NCBI GenBank assembly: GCA_910588775.1
Contig: CAJURH010000009.1
Span: forward strand, 2,446 to 66,445
Length of the DNA: 64,000 nt
Reading direction: 5' to 3'
DNA from: an uncultured Lachnospiraceae bacterium
Lineage (GTDB): Bacteria > Bacillota > Clostridia > Lachnospirales > Lachnospiraceae
Shown: positions 58,701-64,000 of the stretch, in pieces
Layout of the letters: every line of letters starts with the position of its first letter
Position numbering within the stretch: the first letter of the stretch is position 1
Notes under the pieces: model-generated
Databases searched by the model: none
The model's input: only the letters and a program-made list of their open reading frames with translations
Told to the model about the DNA's origin: nothing
Program-made: the position numbers and the translations under genes

Positions 58701-59811
58701 TTCTATATCTTATTTTCTTATACACCTTCCGACAGACTTTGTAAAAAAGATTGTCCTGAATGACCTGAACGCTTTTCTTCAAATCCAGCATTCTCTGTTC
58801 CTGTTTGCAGAAAACGGCCGTGGCAAACAAAAGTATATCCTCATACATGGCATCCGGCTCTATTTCCCACTGGGGAAATTCTTCCACTGGCTCATAGAAA
58901 AGCTGCCCATCCGCTCTATCCAAAAAGTCTTGCGCTGTTTTCCGGTTGCCCGCCTCAAACCGCTGCAAATAGGCGGTCTGCTCTCCTGGCGCAAACAGAC
59001 TTATGTCAACCTGTTTACAGTCCTTCGATAAATGATCGTTGACCAGAGTGATGGGGTCACACAAAAACTCATTCATCTTTTGGTAGGCGGGAACACTGTT
59101 TAAAATTCTCTTAATTTCTATGAAATTGCCATTTAAATGCAAATCTTCTTTTACGGATTCTCTCGTATATTGCTCCGTCAGGGTGAGCCCAATGGCATGC
59201 AAGAAATCCGAAAATATGGTCTGCTCATCCCCTTCCAACTGCTCTTTCTCATGAACACGCACAATTAAATTTTCTTTTCCTATGTTCTCAGCAATTCCCG
59301 TCAGACAGTCCCAATAATCCAATGGGAAATCAGCCAGCGCTCCGTTTTCCAGACATTCCTGGAAATTTTCCGTTTCCTTCACAGCATTTGACTGCACATT
59401 CTGAATCCAGGAAGATTGAACAAACAGATCCTGACGATACAAATAGACGATTACTTTTAACTGGCAGCCTATTTTCTCAAAATCCTCTGCAACTTGTTTC
59501 CAGAACTCTTTGTCTTTCGCGGCCATTTGCCAGATCTCTTCTTCTAACAAGACAATATTGGAATATCCGTCTGCCAGCTCCTTTAATTTCTGAAAGCCTT
59601 CGTCTCGTATTGTATTTCTTTCTTCTGAATTTTCCGGTTTATGGATCAAGAAACGTCCATTTTTATCCCTGCATTCTTTCTTTATATTAAGCTGAAGATC
59701 TGGAAAACAGTATCCCTGATCTTTTAACAAATTTTCATTTTCACGTAAAAAAGCCTGCACGGCCGTTGCATCTGTCTTTGGTAATCCTATACTTAAATAA
59801 ACGGTTGCCAT
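58696..59811 (-). CDS. Sulfotransferase-like P-loop protein with degenerate motifs
   Basis: Paralog of the 59903 ORF; SIGLPKTDAT in place of HIGxPKTGTT. Confidence 0.65.
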   Translation of the reverse strand: MATVYLSIGLPKTDATAVQAFLRENENLLKDQGYCFPDLQLNIKKECRDKNGRFLIHKPENSEERNTIRDEGFQKLKELADGYSNIVLLEEEIWQMAAKDKEFWKQVAEDFEKIGCQLKVIVYLYRQDLFVQSSWIQNVQSNAVKETENFQECLENGALADFPLDYWDCLTGIAENIGKENLIVRVHEKEQLEGDEQTIFSDFLHAIGLTLTEQYTRESVKEDLHLNGNFIEIKRILNSVPAYQKMNEFLCDPITLVNDHLSKDCKQVDISLFAPGEQTAYLQRFEAGNRKTAQDFLDRADGQLFYEPVEEFPQWEIEPDAMYEDILLFATAVFCKQEQRMLDLKKSVQVIQDNLFYKVCRKVYKKIRYRK

Positions 59812-59902
59812 GTTTTCCCTTTCTATGAACTCCCAATGCACTGGCGTATGTTTGAGCGCTTACCTCAATGCATCGGCCAGAAAAACGTATTTGAATGATG
59901 AC

Positions 59903-61030
59903 TCATCCAGTTAAACTTGCTCCACATTTTTTAATAAATCGAACAATCCAGCGTCTAATTCCATGATTCTGATTTCTCAAATGTTCCGATTCTTCTCTTT
60001 CCCTGCTTAAATTGGCAATCACAATAAATCGAACCAAATCGGTCAACATATACGAATTTTCTTTTCTCCACTTTTCAGCCACATTTTCTTTTTCCAAAAA
60101 AAGCGGCTGGCCGTCCGCCAGAAATGTCTGGTACAGTTTCCGGTTGCTTTCCTCATATTTTTTCATAAAATCAGAGGCTTCTTCGTTGGAGAACATGCGG
60201 TTGGAATGCTCTTTGTTAGAAACGATGGAAAGTTCCCGTAACATTTTCTCGTAGCGCCACCGGTCTTCTAATTTCACTTCCGGCATATTGTTAATAATTC
60301 TCTTAATCTCACAATAATTTTCCGACATCTTTGTATTCACATACTGATCAGAAATAAGGTATTCATCTGTCAGCTCTAACCCCAAAACATGGAGGAAATC
60401 CGACAAAAGAGAGCCGCCTGCAAAAAACTCCGGCTGGAACCGTCTTACAACGATATTTTCCGCACCCAGCACATCGGCTGCGGCTTTCAGTAAACTATAA
60501 TAATCCAGATTGATATCTTTGGGATAGACATGCAGGTATTCTTCCCAGGTCATGGCGCTGTATTTGGTGGCCCCGTGTTTGATGGTCTGGTTCCACCAGG
60601 ATTCCAGCAGTTCATCCTGCTTTCGGATATAGGCGATGACTTTCACAATAAAAGAACCTTTCTCTGCCTCTTGGCGCAATTCCCGCCAGAGACTCTTCCG
60701 CCCTCTAGAAACTGCTCTCCAAAGACCCTCGTCGGATAAAACAATGGAGTCGTATTCCAGGAAAAGGTCCTGCACCTTCTGCAAACCCTCCTTAAATATC
60801 CTGGCTTCTTCCTCTTTATCGCGGATTCCCTGTTCGTTTTTATATTTTGCATGAAGAAAAAGTCCGTTCCGCCTGGGGTTCAATCTGGAATACTGTCTCA
60901 AATATGGATGGGGAAACTGTGGGTAACAGTATCCCCTTTCCATTAATTTATCACGGTTCGCATAACAAAAGCATTGAATAGAGGTGGTCCCTGTCTTTGG
61001 TGAGCCAATATGCAGATATAATGTTTTCAT
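59903..61030 (-). CDS. Putative PAPS-dependent sulfotransferase
   Basis: LHIGSPKTGTTSIQ (5'-PSB-like loop), LS.E, Y.R.Q.....S.W.Q (3'-PB-like); adjacent to cysNC. Confidence 0.7.
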   Translation of the reverse strand: MKTLYLHIGSPKTGTTSIQCFCYANRDKLMERGYCYPQFPHPYLRQYSRLNPRRNGLFLHAKYKNEQGIRDKEEEARIFKEGLQKVQDLFLEYDSIVLSDEGLWRAVSRGRKSLWRELRQEAEKGSFIVKVIAYIRKQDELLESWWNQTIKHGATKYSAMTWEEYLHVYPKDINLDYYSLLKAAADVLGAENIVVRRFQPEFFAGGSLLSDFLHVLGLELTDEYLISDQYVNTKMSENYCEIKRIINNMPEVKLEDRWRYEKMLRELSIVSNKEHSNRMFSNEEASDFMKKYEESNRKLYQTFLADGQPLFLEKENVAEKWRKENSYMLTDLVRFIVIANLSREREESEHLRNQNHGIRRWIVRFIKKCGASLTG

Positions 61031-61090
61031 CTTCAGTCTTCACTTCACTTTCTCTTACCGTATTTCAAATCTATATCGCCCTGTCTATCC

Positions 61091-62917
61091 TTATCCCAAC
61101 AAACCCAAACTCTTCAGAATCTGATCAGTGGCCTCTTCCAGCGTGCATGCGCTGGTGTCCACCTGGATTTCCGGATTTGCCGGAGGCTCATATGCGCTGG
61201 TGACGCCTGTAAAGTTGGGAATCTCTCCCCGACGCGCCTTAGCGTATAATCCCTTTACGTCTCTTTGCTCACAAACCTCAATGGGAGTACTCACATAGAT
61301 TTCCACGAAATTGTCCCCCACGATATTCCGGGCGTTTTCCCGATCCTGTCCATAGGGCGAGATAAAAGCGGTCAGCACAATTAGACCAGCGTCGTTCATC
61401 AGTTTGGCCACTTCCGCCACCCGGCGAATGTTCTCTATGCGGTCCTGATGGGTGAATCCTAAGTTTCTGCACAAGCCCATCCGCACGTTGTCGCCGTCCA
61501 GCAACATGGTGTGTTTTCCAAGGGCCAGAAGTCTCTTTTCCAGTGCATTGGCCAGTGCGGATTTTCCAGAGCCGGACAGTCCTGTGAACCATAAGGTCAG
61601 AGGCTCCTGCCCTTTTTGCGCCGCCCGCATTTTGCGGGTCACATCCGTCTCTTGCCAGACCAGATTATCTGAGCGCCGCAGATCGTGCTTGATTACGCCG
61701 CAGGCGGATGTCATATTGGTCACCCGGTCCGTCAAGATGAACTCACCCATAATCTCACAACGACTGAATTTATCCATGACGATTTTCTCCGATAAGGATA
61801 TCTGACAGTCTGCAATCTCATTTTTATAGATGACATCAGCTGGAACATGGGTGCCGTCGTTGATGTCAATTTTATATTTCACGGACATGACCGTGCCCGG
61901 CGCTGTCTTGGCTCCAAGTTTCACCAGATAGTTCTTTCCGGGAATCAGCGGTTCGTCGTCCATCCACAAAAGACGGGCGGAGAACATGTCACTGACCATT
62001 CCGGTGAAATCTTTCACCAGCACGCATCCTCTGGACACATCCACTTCTCTGTCCAAGGAAATGGATACAGGCCGCCCCGCCCCGGCTTTTTCCACTTGTT
62101 TGTCGCCCTGGTAGATGGTCTTAATCTTTGCCTTTTCTCCTTTGGGCAGCACCATGATTTCGGAGGAAACGGAAATCTCCCCGGACTCAATCTGCCCCTG
62201 GAAGCCCCGGTAATCGGAGTTGGGACGGCACACTCTCTGCACGGGCATTACAAACCCGGCGTTGTCTTTTTGGCCATGGGCCACGTCCACCTGTTCCAGA
62301 TAAGCCAGCAGTGGTTTGCCGTCGTACCAGCCCATCCGCTGGGAGGGCCTGGTGATGTTGTCTCCCTGGGTGGCGGACACCGGAATGCTGCAGGAGCTGT
62401 CCACCTGAAAGTTTGTGATTATCCGCTGGATTTCCTCCACCACTTCATCGAAATACTGCTTGTTATAATGAACCAGGTCCATTTTGTTGATAGCAAAAAC
62501 AAAATGACGGATGCCCATCAGATTGCAGATCCGGATGTGCCTGCGGGTCTGTCTCTTCACGCCTTTGGCCACATCCACCAGGATTACGGCCAGGTCCGCG
62601 AAAGACGCGCCCACCGCCATGTTCCGGGTGTACTCTTCATGCCCCGGCGCGTCGGCCACGATAAAACTGCGAGCGTCTGTGGAAAAATACCGATAGGCCA
62701 CGTCGATGGTAATCCCCTGCTCCCTCTCTGCCATCAGCCCGTCCAAAAGAAGGGAGTAGTCCAGTGAGCCATTCTGGCTCTTCAATCGGCTGTCCAGCTC
62801 CAGCGCTCTTCGCTGATCGGTATACAGAAGCTTGGCGTCGTAGAGCATATGGCCGATTAAGGTAGATTTTCCATCATCCACATTTCCGCATGTAAGAAAT
62901 TTTAATAAGTCCTTCAT
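61091..62917 (-). CDS. cysNC: Bifunctional sulfate adenylyltransferase subunit 1 / APS kinase (CysNC, NodQ-like)
   Basis: GNVDDGKST, GITIDVAY, DAPGH, NKMD, then GLSGSGKS, LDGDN.R, RD.KGLY. Confidence 0.95.
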   Translation of the reverse strand: MKDLLKFLTCGNVDDGKSTLIGHMLYDAKLLYTDQRRALELDSRLKSQNGSLDYSLLLDGLMAEREQGITIDVAYRYFSTDARSFIVADAPGHEEYTRNMAVGASFADLAVILVDVAKGVKRQTRRHIRICNLMGIRHFVFAINKMDLVHYNKQYFDEVVEEIQRIITNFQVDSSCSIPVSATQGDNITRPSQRMGWYDGKPLLAYLEQVDVAHGQKDNAGFVMPVQRVCRPNSDYRGFQGQIESGEISVSSEIMVLPKGEKAKIKTIYQGDKQVEKAGAGRPVSISLDREVDVSRGCVLVKDFTGMVSDMFSARLLWMDDEPLIPGKNYLVKLGAKTAPGTVMSVKYKIDINDGTHVPADVIYKNEIADCQISLSEKIVMDKFSRCEIMGEFILTDRVTNMTSACGVIKHDLRRSDNLVWQETDVTRKMRAAQKGQEPLTLWFTGLSGSGKSALANALEKRLLALGKHTMLLDGDNVRMGLCRNLGFTHQDRIENIRRVAEVAKLMNDAGLIVLTAFISPYGQDRENARNIVGDNFVEIYVSTPIEVCEQRDVKGLYAKARRGEIPNFTGVTSAYEPPANPEIQVDTSACTLEEATDQILKSLGLLG

Positions 62918-63816
62918 CAAAAATATCCCTCTCTCTTTCGACGTTCCATACTTCCTGTTTCTTCATAATCAATTACCCGGCTTGTCCTCTCTGAGGTCAC
63001 TTCCCCCAAGGTTTCTTTTACAATATCCTCCAAGGTCTCCGCCTCTGATTCTACGGCTCCGGTCAGCGGATAGCAGCCCAGCGTGCGGAAACGTATCTTT
63101 TTGTGTTGGACTTCTTCGCCATCTTTTAATTTCAGCCGGTCATCATCCACCATAATCCAGTTGCCGTCCCGGTAAACCACAGGGCGTTCTTTGGCAAAAT
63201 ACAGAGGAACGATGTCGATGTGTTCTTGACAGATATACTGCCATATATCTTTCTCCGTCCAGTTGGACAGCGGGAACACCCGAATGCTCTCCCCGGCGTG
63301 TATCCGGGTGTTGTAGAGCTTCCACATTTCCGGCCGCTGGTTCTTGGGATCCCACCCATGACTCTGGTTCCGGAAGGAGAAGATACGTTCCTTTGCTCTG
63401 GATTTTTCCTCATCCCTGCGCCCTCCTCCGAAAGCAGCCGTAAACTGGTAATGATCCAGCGCCTGCCGCAGCGCCTGCGTCTTCATAATATCGGTGTAGG
63501 CAGACCCATGGTCAAAGGGGTTAATCCCCTGCTTCACGCCCTCCTGGTTGGTATAGACCAGCATTTCAATGCCCAGTTCTCTGGCCTTTTGGTCGCGAAA
63601 CTCGATCATTTCATGAAACTTCCATGTGGTATCTATATGAAGGAACGGAAAAGGCGGCTTCTCTGGGTAAAAAGCTTTCATAGCCAGATGAAGCATCACA
63701 GAGCTGTCTTTTCCTATTGAATAAAGCATCACGGGCTTTTCACATTCTGCGGCCACTTCCCGCATAATATAAATCGCCTCCGCCTCTAACTCATCTAAAT
63801 ATGATTGTGCGCACAT
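62917..63816 (-). CDS. cysD: Sulfate adenylyltransferase subunit 2
   Basis: [44 protein letters not shown]. Confidence 0.97.
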   Translation of the reverse strand: MCAQSYLDELEAEAIYIMREVAAECEKPVMLYSIGKDSSVMLHLAMKAFYPEKPPFPFLHIDTTWKFHEMIEFRDQKARELGIEMLVYTNQEGVKQGINPFDHGSAYTDIMKTQALRQALDHYQFTAAFGGGRRDEEKSRAKERIFSFRNQSHGWDPKNQRPEMWKLYNTRIHAGESIRVFPLSNWTEKDIWQYICQEHIDIVPLYFAKERPVVYRDGNWIMVDDDRLKLKDGEEVQHKKIRFRTLGCYPLTGAVESEAETLEDIVKETLGEVTSERTSRVIDYEETGSMERRKREGYF

Positions 63817-63928
63817 AATCTGCACCAAACCTTTCTAGAACGTGTTCAATTGATCATTCACGCCCTAACACATTTTTTCATTTTATTTATTAATTTCTCT
63901 TAAAGATTTTAAGTCAAGAATGTGATAG

Positions 63929-63950
63929 AAATTTGTAATATTACAAATTT
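63929..63950. promoter_or_regulatory. Perfect 22-bp palindrome upstream of cysD (candidate operator)
   Basis: AAATTTGTAAT|ATTACAAATTT, plus an extra half-site ATTACAA at 63951-57. Confidence 0.55.
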
Positions 63951-64000
63951 ATTACAATTATTTTCCAGTCACATCCAATGAAAGCACGGTGGAAACCGGT

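Noticed and set aside
59841..59880. Imperfect hairpin between the sulfotransferase-like genes
   Set aside because: Several mismatches and no U-tract in the transcribed direction; not enough support for a call.
61847..62767. 306-aa + strand ORF and the many other antisense ORFs in the track
   Set aside because: Shadows of well-supported genes on the opposite strand; no motifs or RBS.

Overview
Core-genome segment of a spore-forming Clostridia bacterium, most likely Lachnospiraceae (inferred from gene content and order). The left half (1-30.6 kb) is almost all + strand: mutS-mutL-miaA, radC-mreBCD-pbp2-minDE-rodA, yggS-sepF-ylmH-aroB-lspA-rluA, dtd and an M23 peptidase. The right half is almost all - strand: rplU-prp-rpmA-obgE-yhbY-nadD-yqeK-rsfS, ADH-ALDH-hybrid kinase, trpS, spoIIGA-sigE, T-box-thrS, an Ig/LRR surface protein, tRNA-Pro, and cysD-cysNC with two sulfotransferase-like genes. 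The convergent switch in orientation suggests the replication terminus. Exactly there lies a 353-aa tyrosine recombinase with a 14-6-14 dif-like inverted repeat in its own 5' leader, divergent from lexA: a candidate single-recombinase (XerS/difSL-like) chromosome dimer resolution system. Other highlights: (1) an intact cobalamin riboswitch with its own promoter and terminator but no normal gene downstream, only a 27-codon sORF; (2) an MreB with substituted catalytic residues; (3) a PAPS-synthesis/sulfotransferase cluster with one degenerate paralog. No CRISPR array, prophage, rRNA or transposase was seen. All calls come from reading motifs by eye; no database searches were run.
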